Source: a virus
Taxonomy: Duplodnaviria > Caudoviricetes
IMG/VR virus record: IMGVR_UViG_3300047299_000127
Span: 1 to 56,894 of that record
Strand: one strand, 5' to 3'
Length of the DNA stretch: 56,894 nucleotides
A model generated the notes under the pieces. It was not told the origin of the DNA. It did not search any database and was given only the letters and a program-made list of their open reading frames with translations. The translations under genes and the position numbers were made by a program. Positions 39,001 through 47,541 of the stretch are shown in pieces. The number at the start of each line of letters is the position of its first letter. Position 1 is the first letter of the stretch.

Positions 39001-42000
39001 TGCGAAGAGATCTGATCCGCCAGGTCCTGGGCGTACTCGTTGAGTTGGCCGCTTGCCGCCAGGCTGCGATACAGCGCGGGTGCCTTCTCCTTGATCGCGT
39101 CCTTGACCAGCGTTATCGTTTGCATCTTGATCTCCAGGTTTCTCGCCAGTATATCCATTTCCGGATAATTGTGGTACAGTTGTGTCGAGAGGTGTTGAAA
39201 TGAGAATCCCAGACGAATTCCCGGACGGTTGCCGTTTCGTACCGACCTTCGGCGGTGACTGGTTTGTTGAATTCCCTGATGGCAGGGTGTTCAAACTGGC
39301 CGACGATGGCGTGTCGCTTGCCCCTGCACGCGAGCTACCGGCTGGCGGCATATCGGTCAGCGCTGATCCGGCTGGCTTCTTGGCCGCCGCTGCAAACGCT
39401 GCATCGTAGAACTCGGTCATCGACTGACCAATCTCGCGCCCAAGTGGTGATTCCTTGGGCGCTTCTCTTTGTGCCTCGTACAGCTTGTGACCCTGGCCCT
39501 CTTTGGCAGCCAGCATCTGCGGCACGTTGATCTGGATCTCACCGATCACGCCGTTAGGCATCACCACGTTGACCAGCACATCGGCATAGCCTCCGTAAAC
39601 CTGGCGATCTTCGGCGGGCAGTTCGCCGCCACTCCAGGTCATGGCAAATTCGCTGGTGCGGTTTTTTGGCTTGCGCAGGAGCTTGAATTCTTTTTCGATC
39701 TCGTCAAGCACCTGCTGGGCCTCGGCGTAAGACTGCACAACGATGGTTGATCGCAGCATGTCCTTCATGCCGCCAACATCGAAGTTTTCTTCAGTGACCA
39801 GCTTCTCCACAGACCGCTTCAATCCCTTGATGGGCGCGATCATTTGGCCGATGGCATTGGTGCGACCAGCGATGTCGATCACCTTCTGGTCATACTCTGC
39901 CTTCACATCCTCAGCCTTGCGAATGATTGGCGTCAGCATGCCCTCTGCGCGCTGACGCTCTTCATTCGTGATCGCAACGGCGGGGCGATCCTTGTAGTAC
40001 TTCTCGACGTAGCCATCGGCACGCTCAAGCACACCGGCATCCATGAAGGTGTCAACGCTGGGCGGGGTGAAGTTGTCCCGCTTCATGTCATACGGGCGGC
40101 CATCGATCATGGCGGCCTTGGGCTTGTCTGCCAGGTTGGCCAGCGCATCACCGAACAGGTCTTGCTGGCCCATGCGGGCCTCGGCAGCGGCAAACAGATC
40201 GTCCACACGCTGGGCCGACTCGCGGGCCATGGCCTGCTCGGCAGCCTTGCGGTACAGATCGGTGCCGATCTTGTTCCAGAAGGTCTTGAGCTTCGGATCG
40301 TTCTTGAGCGCCTGCTTGACGTAGGCCACCAGGTCCTTGAGGCTGTAACCCACTTCCTTGATACCGGCCTCCATCAGGCGGATCAGCGTGGGCATGAGGT
40401 CCGGGGTCTTTTCCGGGACCATCATCAAGCGTGTGTGCTTGGTGGCGATCATGGCCAGATCAGCCATGGCGTCCTTGAAGTCTTGGCGGGCCTGGGCACG
40501 CGCCTGGTCGGGCGCAGCACCCTCGGAGCGCTTGACACTCGGAAACTGGAAAGTGGCGGCCATCAGGTCACGGATGGGAGCGTCGAACTCGATCACCTTG
40601 ACCGGCTCATTCATGGCCAGAGCAGCCACCCACTGGTGATGCCCGTCCAGCACGTAGCCATCGGCAGAAGCCAGCACGGAGCGGTCAACGCCATCGCGCA
40701 CCTCTTTCCAGCGCTCGGCTTTCTTGCTTGAAAACTCGGCCTGGGTGGGCTTGAGGTCAGACGCAGAGCGCTCGACTGTCTTGTGCTCGATGCCCTTGCC
40801 TTGCAGGAACTGGATCAGCGCGCCGCGATGCTCGCCCTTGACCTGGGGCATTTCGGCGCGGGGAATGCCGATGGTGCCCGTGTCGGGCGGGAACATCACC
40901 CATTCGCTTTGCTCGCCTGCTTCGGTTGCGGCAGCGGCGCGGGCAGCCCCATCGCCTTGATCGCCGCCGCGATTGCCCGGCGCATCTTGGGATTGCTGTC
41001 CACTTGGCGCATCAGCTTGCGCACCTTCTCCAGGGTCTCGCCGCTGGGTGTCTTGGGCATTGTTGCCATCGTCGTTTCCTTGTGCAGATTTCAGGAGGTC
41101 GGCGCGTGCCGGTGCGGTGTCGGTGTCGCCAAAGATCGAGCCTTGGCTGGGGTCTCCAGCAGCTTCCAGGGCCTCGTAGTAGCGCTGCACGAACTCAGCA
41201 ATGCGGCGCGGGCTGCGGATGTTGTCGGCCAGCAGGGTCAGCAACTGGGCAGCCTCGGGCGAGTACTTCGCGCCCGTGAGGTCGCCTTGGCCAAGTTCGT
41301 CGGCCACGCTCCAGCCCTTTTCCTTGAGGGCGGACAGACCTTCAACGGCAGACAGCAGATCCGGCGCGATGTCGGCCTCGTACAGGGTCCCGGCCTGCAT
41401 GCGCTCGCGGGAGGCGGCAATGGTCGGGGCCACACGCACCAGCGCCTTGGTGACGTTGCGCAGGTTGTCATCCATGCTCTCGGTCATGCGGCGCAGCGTG
41501 GGCGAGTCGCCGTAGGCCTTGGCCAGCACGGCGTTTTGGATGCGGCGATAGCCGAACGTGGACAGGCGGCCATCGGACTCCACCATGTCCGACTGCTCAG
41601 TGATCGGCAGCATGGCCATGAACTGGCGGATGAAGTCGTAGGAGGTGGCAAAGTCACCGGCATCGTCGGGATTCAGCCCCTCCAGGGAAGCCAGGCGCTT
41701 GGAGTCCGACAGGGCCTGCTCGCTGGGGCTCATGCGCTGCACGGTCGAGGCGTTGGCCTGGCGTGCAAACTCGGCACGATTGACTTGTGTTGAGCGAACC
41801 CGCACCAACACAGGCTTTTCCATGGCATCGACGGATTCGGGTGTGATACCAAACTGGGCGGAGTTCTCGCGCAGCCAGGCCTTGTAGTCCTCGGCCTTCT
41901 GGCCATTGGCCTGATACACGCGCTTGAGGGCGATGGTGCGGGCGTTGCCCGACTCCACCAGGCCATCAGCGCCAACAATCGGCGCGCCAGTGGCAGCGTC

Positions 42001-43566
42001 AGCAGACAGGCCCAGGCGTGCTGGGTCGAGCTTTTGCACGATGCTGGAGACCTGCAACTCGCTGGCCGAACGGCTGCGGTCGCGGGGCTGCAACTCCTGG
42101 GGATACAGACTGTTGGGGCGCAGGCTCTCGTCGTGCGAAGTCACCAGGTCAGCGGCATTCATCAGAGCGTACTGGCCATCGAGCTTGACGCCTGCCTCGG
42201 TCGAGAAGCTGGTAGATGCGCCGGGCTGGGCCTTTGGCCAAGACTGGGCGATGCTGGCGCGCTCGCTGGCCAACTCCTGGGCTTTGGTGGCCAGTTCGGC
42301 GCGCTCCTGGTCGAAGGCGGGACCGTAGCCGTTCTCGGCGGTCAATTCCTGGGTGCGCTCGGCAATGCGCGAGATCTCACCATCGATCTCGCCCACACGG
42401 TCCAGGGCAGTGAGCGATACCGGCGTGCGCAGGGCTTTCTCGGCCTCGGTCGAGTCCCCTACCCCAACGGCTTCCACGCTGGTGGCGGTTCCTCGCGCTG
42501 GGGTTGCTCCATCGACTGGGCTTGCTGCGCCAGCAGGTCCTGGCGCTTGCGTTGTTTGACCTTGCGGGGTTTGTCCCTGGTCGGTTCCTTGCGTTGGGTC
42601 TTGCTCATTGATTCGATTGGGCAGTGCGTTGCGGGCAGCCGAATACGTGTTCATGCCGCCGCCCATACCGGCACCGGCCACCATGCCCTGGGCAGCGGCC
42701 TCGGCCACACCCTCGTCCCACGGCTTGCCCAATGCCAGGTTGGTGAACACCTGTTCTTGGGCGGACTGCGGCAGTTCCTCCAGCACGCCCTCTTTGAACG
42801 TGCCCTTGGCGATCTCTTTGCCAGCCTGCACCAAGCTCTGGCGCTGCGCGCCGCCCATGCCTGCAACGGCTGCGCCGACTTCGGCATCGCGGAAGCCAGG
42901 AATCTTGGACGTGACCAGGCTGATGGCCGCTGTGCCCAGGCCGCCAGCAACGGCGGAAGGGGCGGTATCGGTGTAGTCGCGGCCAGCCTGGCGGCCAGCC
43001 TCCTGGATGCTGCCTGCGGTCATCGCGCCTTCGGAGGCTGCGCCAATGCCTGTCAGCTTGGCGATGGTTGCGGGCTTGGCCAAGAAAGCGGCAGCCTCAG
43101 CGGTACCGGCCTTGATGCCAGCTGAGGCCAGCATCTTGGAGGCGGCAGCGCGCACGGCAGCAGCACCGCCCAACATCATTGGAGTGGACTCAACAATGGA
43201 GCCCACAGCGGCGCTGGGGTTCTGCACCAGGGCCTTGGTCGTGTCCACAAAGCCCTTGGCCCCAGCAACCTCACGATTGGCCTGCTGGCGCGGATCGCTG
43301 TAAAAGTCGCTCAGGATCTGCTTGGTTTGCTCTGGGTCGTAGCCAATGGCCCCCAGGCCCTTGCCCACCAGGTTGCCGGTGGCCAGATCTGCCAGGCCTA
43401 CGGCAGACTCTCCCAGCCCGACAACGCCTTTGGCCAGATCGATGCCGGAGTCGGCAATGGCCTCGCCCCAAGTGCGATCGCGCTGCTCTGGTTTTTTCTT
43501 CGACTGCTCTTGGTCCGGAACAAACCGACCACTAGACTCAGAATTTTCGTCCGGTACAAATGCCAT
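30016..43566 (-). CDS. 4516-aa DarB-like polyvalent virion protein: ddrB-ParB, ParB-like, RelA/SpoT-like NTase, N6-adenine MTase, SNF2 helicase, HExxH metallopeptidase, C-terminal LPD-like region
   Basis: LQPRDR..GAPIV..VESGNAR; [13 protein letters not shown]; K..R..EK..D..R.TI..GY.D..EIQ..GHKLYE; EPGAGIG/NPPF; [28 protein letters not shown]; HEAAHYGL. Confidence 0.9.
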   Translation of the reverse strand: MAFVPDENSESSGRFVPDQEQSKKKPEQRDRTWGEAIADSGIDLAKGVVGLGESAVGLADLATGNLVGKGLGAIGYDPEQTKQILSDFYSDPRQQANREVAGAKGFVDTTKALVQNPSAAVGSIVESTPMMLGGAAAVRAAASKMLASAGIKAGTAEAAAFLAKPATIAKLTGIGAASEGAMTAGSIQEAGRQAGRDYTDTAPSAVAGGLGTAAISLVTSKIPGFRDAEVGAAVAGMGGAQRQSLVQAGKEIAKGTFKEGVLEELPQSAQEQVFTNLALGKPWDEGVAEAAAQGMVAGAGMGGGMNTYSAARNALPNRINEQDPTQGTDQGQTPQGQTTQAPGPAGAASPVDGATPARGTATSVEAVGVGDSTEAEKALRTPVSLTALDRVGEIDGEISRIAERTQELTAENGYGPAFDQERAELATKAQELASERASIAQSWPKAQPGASTSFSTEAGVKLDGQYALMNAADLVTSHDESLRPNSLYPQELQPRDRSRSASELQVSSIVQKLDPARLGLSADAATGAPIVGADGLVESGNARTIALKRVYQANGQKAEDYKAWLRENSAQFGITPESVDAMEKPVLVRVRSTQVNRAEFARQANASTVQRMSPSEQALSDSKRLASLEGLNPDDAGDFATSYDFIRQFMAMLPITEQSDMVESDGRLSTFGYRRIQNAVLAKAYGDSPTLRRMTESMDDNLRNVTKALVRVAPTIAASRERMQAGTLYEADIAPDLLSAVEGLSALKEKGWSVADELGQGDLTGAKYSPEAAQLLTLLADNIRSPRRIAEFVQRYYEALEAAGDPSQGSIFGDTDTAPARADLLKSAQGNDDGNNAQDTQRRDPGEGAQADAPSGQQSQDAPGNRGGDQGDGAARAAAATEAGEQSEWVMFPPDTGTIGIPRAEMPQVKGEHRGALIQFLQGKGIEHKTVERSASDLKPTQAEFSSKKAERWKEVRDGVDRSVLASADGYVLDGHHQWVAALAMNEPVKVIEFDAPIRDLMAATFQFPSVKRSEGAAPDQARAQARQDFKDAMADLAMIATKHTRLMMVPEKTPDLMPTLIRLMEAGIKEVGYSLKDLVAYVKQALKNDPKLKTFWNKIGTDLYRKAAEQAMARESAQRVDDLFAAAEARMGQQDLFGDALANLADKPKAAMIDGRPYDMKRDNFTPPSVDTFMDAGVLERADGYVEKYYKDRPAVAITNEERQRAEGMLTPIIRKAEDVKAEYDQKVIDIAGRTNAIGQMIAPIKGLKRSVEKLVTEENFDVGGMKDMLRSTIVVQSYAEAQQVLDEIEKEFKLLRKPKNRTSEFAMTWSGGELPAEDRQVYGGYADVLVNVVMPNGVIGEIQINVPQMLAAKEGQGHKLYEAQREAPKESPLGREIGQSMTEFYDAAFAAAAKKPAGSALTDMPPAGSSRAGASDTPSSASLNTLPSGNSTNQSPPKVGTKRQPSGNSSGILISTPLDTTVPQLSGNGYTGEKPGDQDANDNAGQGRDQGEGTRAVSQPGGKRPTQRVRPGPGGSDLFAGGDADANAADQGGVGQAGADGVRGQDANGKQPQPRDRAGRNAGVPAGRDIPAKSGRNYAFSASDLTYEGSWFKKAEQNLEAIELLLSLEKDGRQATREEQAKLAKFIGWGASEIANNLFGDKLDKAAEALTNYDEAIAALGDRPFLTNARYGEYAPAFRVLQYRNPQLTWYTAGNITREMLDKAKPEPSVRKWVELRNRLKASMSEKEWAEASRSTQYAHYTSKEVVRSMWRALDRMGFKGGAILEPGAGIGVFPGLMPAAMAANSIYTGIEFDSFTGRILKQLFPDERILVESFVDSKLPKNFYDVSVGNPPFSGTKILSDPEYAKRAFSLHDYFFAKSIDRTKPGGLVVYVTSRYTMDKLDDKARQYLADRADLVGAIRLPQTAFKQNAGTEVVTDVIFLRKKVPGETFEGAQSWGKSVPLKVNGNDYNINEYFVANPDMVLGTHSDAGSMYKDREYTVAPLDGDIEALFDKAINRLPEGIYTAERGSSAEAAKVREIDFNPKAKKEGNYYVSDSGALMVREGGVGQRVELRSQADVQLVKDFVPLRDALKQAHYDQLNEGDWETSIKALQKAYADFTKKHGQINQFTLKSVKSKVVDEDTGETYTDETQVRVYTLLRKLEDDPDYTLVAALETINEDTGEIKPSAFLTERVLGKPDAASVNTPVDAMLSSLNDVGHVDIPLIAQRVGLTEAETIEALGSAIYEDPAAGWVTADEYLSGNVKRKLDEARTAAKTDKRFERNVAALEAAQPAPKTPSQINVGIGMNWVPGAVYSQFLRELAGVRAEVSWNERTKQWSVQETSGGKTMQATADWGTADRNVTDIMEHALTGRPIRITKSQGYGKDKTTVFDAAGTEAANQKLEALREAFGNWIWKDAERTDSLVRIYNDTFNTTVPRSFDGRHLTLPGTSKAFSVFDHVKRGAWRIIQRGNTYLAHAVGSGKTFQMVISAMEQKRLGLIKKPMIVVPNHMLKQFAHEWQMLYPAARLMVADEKNFHTDNRRRFVSRVALSDLDGVVITHSAFKLLDLDPEFKRQMIEEQLDYMRAALEEAEAEDGKGGKKSPRIKQIEKQIENMEQKLEAAMASTGKDTNVRFDELGVDMLYVDEAHEFRKLDFTTSRQVKGISPQGSARSFDLFMKARYLEQKNPGRSLVLASGTPVTNTLAELYTVQKFMDRQALEDRGIEDFDSWASMFGRERTVLEPNAAGKYEPVTRFSKFVNVPELTQMFREYADVLTSDTLAALLGDKRPKVEGGSRRIIVTPKTEAYDGYQSELSARVEKSRAWKPTKDEPNNPDPMIRIIGDGRLAAIDMRFMDPTLPSDPDSKLNRMIDDVIRVLDETKDMEYRDKAGNVEPNKGAATMVFSDLGFGEGVAANRGFNARAWFEKRLRDAGVPMNQVAFMSDYKKSADKLKLFKDVNAGRVRLLVGSSKNMGTGVNAQQRLKALFHLDSPWYPADLEQREGRIVRQGNKNPLVQLYAYAAKGTYDENMWKMLASKQFFIDQALSGDANLRELEDLDSQSQYDLAAAMVAEDPRILQLAGARAEIEKLQRLYRAHEDQRARFKSQYDMARTTVEFNEKRMPEAEKMAAMVQDLSGDKFRAKVMGKTLAERADWAEVLIAKYKDLTAKGETKPMTIGEISGFPVVFGGETVAGQFMTKVMLGTPDPLLLIADAGTSAIGVAMRAQNAVADVARLPAKMRERITEAKAQIDALASRLESPFPMAGMLADKVKEANDLETMIALDSKPKTWRVENKASGLGFDVQATSADEAITKAVSTNGGAAEDWMATEASEVKPAEDTRLARGAGAASGSVSVDALDAMVRGVKAKMPNMPKVTVLADPSKAPKGLREYIIRQDAWDDVEGAFHEGALYLFASGLSDMNRAEHVLLEHEAAHYGLRALLGDSLKTAMALVYANNANVRRAAFDIQKRGNKMSTAEAVEEAIVDIPTAQLAKLKGWRKVTVMVRDWLLEHGFTNLANKLSDLLEGSLTQQQRADLFVAELVRGAREYVAGKSPERRVGYMGDTRLSTTLKDDIERQEKWLQTEARARGFADVEDMLAKDYPLFERLAAKWREKNPAEGGVMLSRRKDARERADEILSQKAGSRAPLDALAKGLTRITGIERLTGAIYDRAGYLLDRYTPETIKAGVVADYGVPQAVIDQRVLLQGRQRVQLRKAGELIEKLSTLTREESRVAYEWMNMDGADPKAYVSMMQGLPEESVKVLQDVQKMIDQLSREAVRLGQLSPEAYEANKFAYLRRSYAKHILEQTAGEKAKRARVISILGDQYKGRGLTEAATMAKLKNTAPEWWGRKLVKGKADAGLKGEKFVRLERRAASGEGTKPLEGMEGKALGKLLEVAYWPAGETIPSQYSEWSKAGTFEVRDVKGENVIFWRDFTKDERESMGEIDEARFAIAKTLHGMIHDVEVGRYLEWMAHSYAMKEGETIPGEVVEASERYRDTFKPGEWVRVPDTKIGGTNVAKYGKLAGRYLPGPVWNDLRQVVNGQFKPFGDTYAQILSMWKTAKTALSPAVHMNNVMSNFVMADWHDVGAAHVAKSLRLILAASQREGKGALGNLGNQLAKAGIADREAAREILNRYTDSGGDVGSWVTNEIAKDQLEPLLAKLEQELAATGAQSAQAEVGVMSALQNALMLRFPTAWEAFKGSKPGKAIGTEASSLIDLYQAEDDVFRLAAWLKAKEEGATDIDAGKASRRSFLDYHINAPWIQAMRQSAWPFISFTYRAVPMLAEIAGKKPHKLMKLMMLAGALNALGGMLAGGDGDDEERKLLPEEKAGKIWGMVPKLIRMPWNDQHGSPVYLDIRRFIPVGDVFDVGAGQAAVPVLPGMMPGGPLVLFGEVVFNKSAFTGKPITLDTDTPLQKAEKVADHLYKAFAPNVLGLPGTYATTGVVEATQGRTDPFGREMSVAQAVASSFGVKLGSYPADVLRRNLNAKAQAEIAEVEKNIAQLKRQRQTNRISQDEFQEAVQVEVQKKTKIMRDLAEKVK
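38805..39125 (-). CDS. Nested TnpV-like protein (106 aa), out of frame within the giant gene
   Basis: GGAG SD; [21 protein letters not shown]...REIVLAEM resembles TnpV; the host frame here is a low-complexity linker. Confidence 0.65.
   Translation of the reverse strand: MQTITLVKDAIKEKAPALYRSLAASGQLNEYAQDLADQISSQVVTLTQTQRIKEGWDKLGPMECAARMRTASSLNREIVLAEMLEFPQDGTSPQSPDETTPSQPPT
39152..39167. promoter_or_regulatory. Operator TATCCATTTCCGGATA inside the giant gene, between divergent nested ORFs
   Basis: Matches the cI/cro operator family; local AT-rich patch with TATACT (minus) and TGGTACAGT (plus). Confidence 0.7.
39200..39409 (+). CDS. Nested antisense protein (69 aa) directly behind the RelA/SpoT-like domain; candidate immunity protein
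   Basis: GAGGTG SD; globular-looking [33 protein letters not shown]. Confidence 0.6.
   Translation: MRIPDEFPDGCRFVPTFGGDWFVEFPDGRVFKLADDGVSLAPARELPAGGISVSADPAGFLAAAANAAS
40896..41069 (-). CDS. Nested out-of-frame ORF (57 aa) after the ddrB-ParB region
   Basis: AAGGA SD; [41 protein letters not shown]; GC3-rich codons in this frame; translated by hand. Confidence 0.55.
   Translation of the reverse strand: MATMPKTPSGETLEKVRKLMRQVDSNPKMRRAIAAAIKAMGLPAPLPQPKQASKANG
42459..42608 (-). CDS. Nested out-of-frame ORF (49 aa, basic) in the first linker of the giant gene
   Basis: [28 protein letters not shown]; host-frame codons turn A/T-rich at third positions; no clear SD. Confidence 0.4.
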   Translation of the reverse strand: MSKTQRKEPTRDKPRKVKQRKRQDLLAQQAQSMEQPQREEPPPAWKPLG

Positions 43567-43573
43567 TGCGCAA

Positions 43574-43614
43574 CCTCATCAGAATGTCTCCGATGAGGGT
43601 GCCATGCTTGCCAC
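43574..43614 (-). promoter_or_regulatory. Late motif plus SD-occluding hairpin upstream of the giant gene
   Basis: GTGGCAAGCATGGCA at 43614-43600; CCTCATC/GATGAGG stem includes the GAGG SD. Confidence 0.6.
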
Positions 43615-43617
43615 CAA

Positions 43618-45261
43618 TTACTGCCAGGTGCCGGACTTGCCGCCAATGGTGATGCGGTCGCCCTTCTTGATCTTGCCCTCTTTGGCGGCCTTCTCTGCAT
43701 CAGCCTCGCTGGCAAAAGACACCCCGGCAGCCTTGGGCGCTGCGGGCATGGCCCAGCGGCCATTGGCCTTGGCATAGCCCATGGTCTCCATCACCTTGTC
43801 GGCGGACGCCACGGCATCCTCGGGCTTGGCCATGTTCTTGATGCCAGCGGCCACAAATTCTTTGTGCAACTCGCCGGGGTCCTGGGTTTTCTTGGTCAGG
43901 GCCATTTCGAGCCCTGAGCGCATGTCGGGCGCAAGGCCTGCATTGACCATGGCCTGCGCCAGCTTCACCTCGGAAGGCGCGTTCTTGCTGTCCGGGTTGA
44001 TGTCGATGACGCCACGGCGCACAGCCTCCAACTCGGCAGCGGTCGCGTTCGGGTTGCGCTGCTTGAACAGTTCCACGGCAGCGGTAGCCTTGGCTGTCTT
44101 ATCGTCCTTCTCGGTCGTGGCAGCGGTGGCGGCCCGTGCATCGGCGTTCTTGGACAGTTGCAGCTGCTCATTGCCGCGCCGGTTGGTCTCGCTCTGGTAG
44201 AAGCGATTGAACACCTCACCGGCTTTGCCCAGCGAGTCCAGTTCGGCCACGGTGTTGATCGTGCGGGTGTTGCCCTGGCCATCCTTGAACTGAATGACAC
44301 GGGTCTCCACGCCATCCTTGTTCTTGACCATCTTGTCAGAGATCACGTTGGCCGGATCAAACTGCACCTTGCCGGTAGCGTTGAAGGACTTGGCCACCTC
44401 CTGGATCGAGCCGCCAGACTGGGCCAGGCGCAGGGTCTTTTCGTAGCCCTCGCTTTGCACCTTGTTGAGCAGGTCGGTGAACTCGCCAAAGGCTTTGGCA
44501 TCGAGCTTGCCGAAGCGGGCATCGTGGTCGATCAGCGCGGCGCGGTCGGCCAGCGCATCGCCCACCGAGTACTCGGGGCGGGCAGGTGCCACAGGGGCCA
44601 GGCCCAACTCGGGGCCAGTCTTGCCGGAGGCCTTCGCGCCCTCGTAGTCGGCTAGGCGCTTTTGGTAGTCGGACATGGCCTGGTTGTAGGACTGCTGGTT
44701 TTGGCCAAAGCGTGAGGACGAAAACAGGCCCTTGCGCCCTTCCTCGTATTCCTTTTGCTTGGCCACTTCCTCGTCCTGGCGCTCCCAGTTCTTTTGTTCG
44801 CGGCCAAAGCGCTGCTGTTCCTGGGTGAAACGTGCTTCGTCGCGCTGGCCAGCAATGGCTTGCTGCTCCATCTGCATGCCGCGCACGGGGTCAAACTTCT
44901 TGATGACACCGGCCATGGCCATGGTCTTGGCGTTGTTGGCCTGGCTGGGCGTCATGGTGCCAGCCGTGCGCTGGCCCATGAAGTCGGTCACGCCCTGCTG
45001 GGCGATCACGCCAGTCTCGCCGCCTGCCTTGGGGGTGACGGTATAGCCCTTCTTGCCCTCGTCATAGGCGATGTCGTACTGGCCAGACTCGGCGGCAGCG
45101 CGCAACTGATCGCCCTGCTCTGCCGTGAAGCCTTCGCTTGTGGTGGGCTGCTCGCTGGCGATCTTGCGCAACTCGGCGTCCTGCAAGACTTTGCTCACAG
45201 TGCCGTAGCCCTGATTGAAGCCCTCGAAAAACTCTGCAACTCGGTTTCGACGTGCCATCAC
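43618..45261 (-). CDS. Putative internal virion/ejection protein
   Basis: 547 aa, helical and Gln/Ala-rich; between the ejection protein and the giant protein. Confidence 0.65.
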   Translation of the reverse strand: MMARRNRVAEFFEGFNQGYGTVSKVLQDAELRKIASEQPTTSEGFTAEQGDQLRAAAESGQYDIAYDEGKKGYTVTPKAGGETGVIAQQGVTDFMGQRTAGTMTPSQANNAKTMAMAGVIKKFDPVRGMQMEQQAIAGQRDEARFTQEQQRFGREQKNWERQDEEVAKQKEYEEGRKGLFSSSRFGQNQQSYNQAMSDYQKRLADYEGAKASGKTGPELGLAPVAPARPEYSVGDALADRAALIDHDARFGKLDAKAFGEFTDLLNKVQSEGYEKTLRLAQSGGSIQEVAKSFNATGKVQFDPANVISDKMVKNKDGVETRVIQFKDGQGNTRTINTVAELDSLGKAGEVFNRFYQSETNRRGNEQLQLSKNADARAATAATTEKDDKTAKATAAVELFKQRNPNATAAELEAVRRGVIDINPDSKNAPSEVKLAQAMVNAGLAPDMRSGLEMALTKKTQDPGELHKEFVAAGIKNMAKPEDAVASADKVMETMGYAKANGRWAMPAAPKAAGVSFASEADAEKAAKEGKIKKGDRITIGGKSGTWQ

Positions 45262-46379
45262 TTCACCTCTTCAAATTCGATGCCCAGCATCTGGTAGTTG
45301 ACCGAGGCAAAGCCCACGTCGTCGTACACCACGGCATCCGGGAACCGGGGCTCAACCTCATCGGCCATGACGCCACGGAAGCGGGTTGGGTTGCCGGTGT
45401 AGTTGAACTCGTACAGGTTCAGGCCCGTGGCCTCGTCCTTGCCCACCAAGACGATGTTTTCCTTGAGGCGGCGGTCGGAGAAGGCGGTGTACAGGCTGGC
45501 AGCGCCACCCAGCACAGAACCCACACCACCAAGGCCGCTGTCCATGTCGGCCACCGCCTTGGCGTAGTTGCCCTGGGCGTTCAGCACGCCAGTGAGGCCC
45601 GTCATGGCGATCTGGCGGCCATTCATCGTGGTGTTCGCGCCGGTGGTCATGCCAGACATCAGAGCCCCGCCTGGGGCCATCTGGTTGGTCATGGCGCTGT
45701 TGCCGCTGTTGGTACCGGCAGAGTAGAAGCTGGGCGCGCTCGATGCCATGCCCGAATAGGTGTTGAGCGTGTCGCCCATGCGCGCATAGGACTTGTCCAC
45801 AGCCTGCGTGCGCCCGGTGTTGGCGGCACCTGCCTTGGCCGTTGCTGCGCCCAGGTCCATCACGCCCTGCATGGCGGCAAAGCGCCCGCTGTTGGGGTTG
45901 ACGCTCATGCGCGTCATGGATCGGTTGGTCTGCTGGCGCTGGTTGTCCAGGGCGGCGGACACATCGGCCACGTTTTCCGTGGCCGCCTTATCCATCTGGG
46001 TCTGCAACTCTGGCGAGACCTTGCCCATGGCGATGTCGCGCATGGCCTGCTGGAGCGGTCGGCCTTCGGTCTTGAAGTTCTCGAAGCTGTAATTGCCCTG
46101 CTCGTAGGCCTGGTCCATGTTGCGCTTTTGAGCGTCAACGATGGGGCGGGCAATCTCGATGTTTTGCTCGTACTGGCGGCGCGACTCGGCCATCTGTTCG
46201 CGGCCAAGCTGGGCAGAGATCTCGGCGGCTTCCTTGGATGCCTGGGCTACGGGGGTGTAGTCCGGTGGCGGTGGGGCATCGCCGCCCATGTCCAAATGGC
46301 ACACGTTGCGCCAGTTGTGGCCGTGAAGCTCGCGCAGCGTCTGCTGGCGTTCTTCAAATCGTTCGCGCTTGCTCTTCAT
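45258..46379 (-). CDS. Ejection (DNA transfer) protein with C-terminal S74 intramolecular chaperone
   Basis: Basic leader then MGGDAPPPPDY; Gly/Ala-rich segment; SDRRLKENI...LYEFNY...GVMADEV. Confidence 0.78.
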   Translation of the reverse strand: MKSKRERFEERQQTLRELHGHNWRNVCHLDMGGDAPPPPDYTPVAQASKEAAEISAQLGREQMAESRRQYEQNIEIARPIVDAQKRNMDQAYEQGNYSFENFKTEGRPLQQAMRDIAMGKVSPELQTQMDKAATENVADVSAALDNQRQQTNRSMTRMSVNPNSGRFAAMQGVMDLGAATAKAGAANTGRTQAVDKSYARMGDTLNTYSGMASSAPSFYSAGTNSGNSAMTNQMAPGGALMSGMTTGANTTMNGRQIAMTGLTGVLNAQGNYAKAVADMDSGLGGVGSVLGGAASLYTAFSDRRLKENIVLVGKDEATGLNLYEFNYTGNPTRFRGVMADEVEPRFPDAVVYDDVGFASVNYQMLGIEFEEVK

Positions 46380-46827
46380 TCAAATGCTCCTTCACGTAGT
46401 CGGCCACGCGCTCGGGGATCATCACGGGCATGGCCTCGGCCACGATCTCAGCGCCCTTGTCCAGGCCGTTGAGGGCACCGATCAAGAACACGGCGACATT
46501 GGCCACGGCGTAGCGCAGGAAGTGGGCAATTTCGACCTTGTGGCCATCCCCCGACTGCTCCATGCGATTGGCTGCCAGGTATCCAACCATAGAGGTCATG
46601 AAAATGGCCCGCAGATCCGCCTCGAAACGGCGGTACACGGGATTGGCCGGTAGGTACAGCAGCAAATTGGCCATCAGGCCATTCACGTCCACCGGCTTGT
46701 CGCGGTCGATCAGGTCATCCCAGGCATGGGCAATGAACACCACCCGCTCGTACAGATCGAGCGCATCACGGTCGCCAGCGAACCAGCGCAGGCGATCAAT
46801 CGGCAGGGGTCGGGCAGCATCCAGCAT
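46354..46827 (-). CDS. DDxxD isoprenoid synthase/prenyltransferase-like protein
   Basis: HAWDDLIDRD Asp-rich motif in an all-helical protein; start codon uncertain. Confidence 0.55.
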   Translation of the reverse strand: MLDAARPLPIDRLRWFAGDRDALDLYERVVFIAHAWDDLIDRDKPVDVNGLMANLLLYLPANPVYRRFEADLRAIFMTSMVGYLAANRMEQSGDGHKVEIAHFLRYAVANVAVFLIGALNGLDKGAEIVAEAMPVMIPERVADYVKEHLNEEQARTI

Positions 46828-46839
46828 GGCAAAGAAGGT

Positions 46840-46854
46840 TGCCATGCTTGCCAC
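46840..46854 (-). promoter_or_regulatory. Late-operon motif GTGGCAAGCATGGCA
   Basis: Exact copy at the head of the ejection-protein operon. Confidence 0.6.
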
Positions 46855-46859
46855 GGGGG

Positions 46860-47072
46860 TCAGGCAGCTTGCAGCCGCTCCTGAATGGCCAGAAGCAAGT
46901 TGGGGTCGGTCGGGCCGCCGTAGATCTGGTCAAAGCTCATTTCAAAGCTGGCCACCACCGTGCGCATGCCAGTGGCTTTCTCTTCCAGCACGTCCACATC
47001 AACAATGGTCTCCATCGGAATGGAGATCGATGAAGTGCGGGTAATGCGAATCTGTCGGTTGGTCATGTCCAT
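46860..47072 (-). CDS. Hypothetical tail-region protein
   Basis: 70 aa; AGGTG SD. Confidence 0.65.
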   Translation of the reverse strand: MDMTNRQIRITRTSSISIPMETIVDVDVLEEKATGMRTVVASFEMSFDQIYGGPTDPNLLLAIQERLQAA

Positions 47073-47076
47073 GGGT

Positions 47077-47541
47077 TCACCTGTAACTCAAAACAATCAG
47101 GGTCCAGTCAAAAGAGACTGACGAAGAGGTCACACCAATCTGCCCATACGGGTAGCCAAGGTGTTCAAAGCGAAGCACCGAAGAGGATGAATCGCCAATC
47201 ACGGCGGCGGTCAGCATGTCCCAAGCTGTCACGGCTACGCTTGTGGTCGAGTGCGTGAAATGTGTCAGCATGGAAAAACTCAACTGAATTGTTGAGCCAA
47301 TCACCTGATTCGACACATTTCCGCTTGCTGCCGTGATCTTCACGAACACCAGTGCGATGTCATTGCTCGGGTTAAACGCACCGACCAAGCCAACGTCCGT
47401 TTGAGCCATCACACCAGAGGCAAATGACAGGGACCCAGACTGCGAAAACTTCCGATAGAGCAGTTTGTTGTCGCTTCGGAACTTCTCTGAACCGTCAGCG
47501 TTGTTGATGATGATGCCGTTGGCGTCTACCTTGATGCTCAT
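47077..47541 (-). CDS. Putative tail-tip protein
   Basis: I.I.NADG..KF.SD.K N-terminal motif; beta-rich. Confidence 0.6.
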   Translation of the reverse strand: MSIKVDANGIIINNADGSEKFRSDNKLLYRKFSQSGSLSFASGVMAQTDVGLVGAFNPSNDIALVFVKITAASGNVSNQVIGSTIQLSFSMLTHFTHSTTSVAVTAWDMLTAAVIGDSSSSVLRFEHLGYPYGQIGVTSSSVSFDWTLIVLSYR

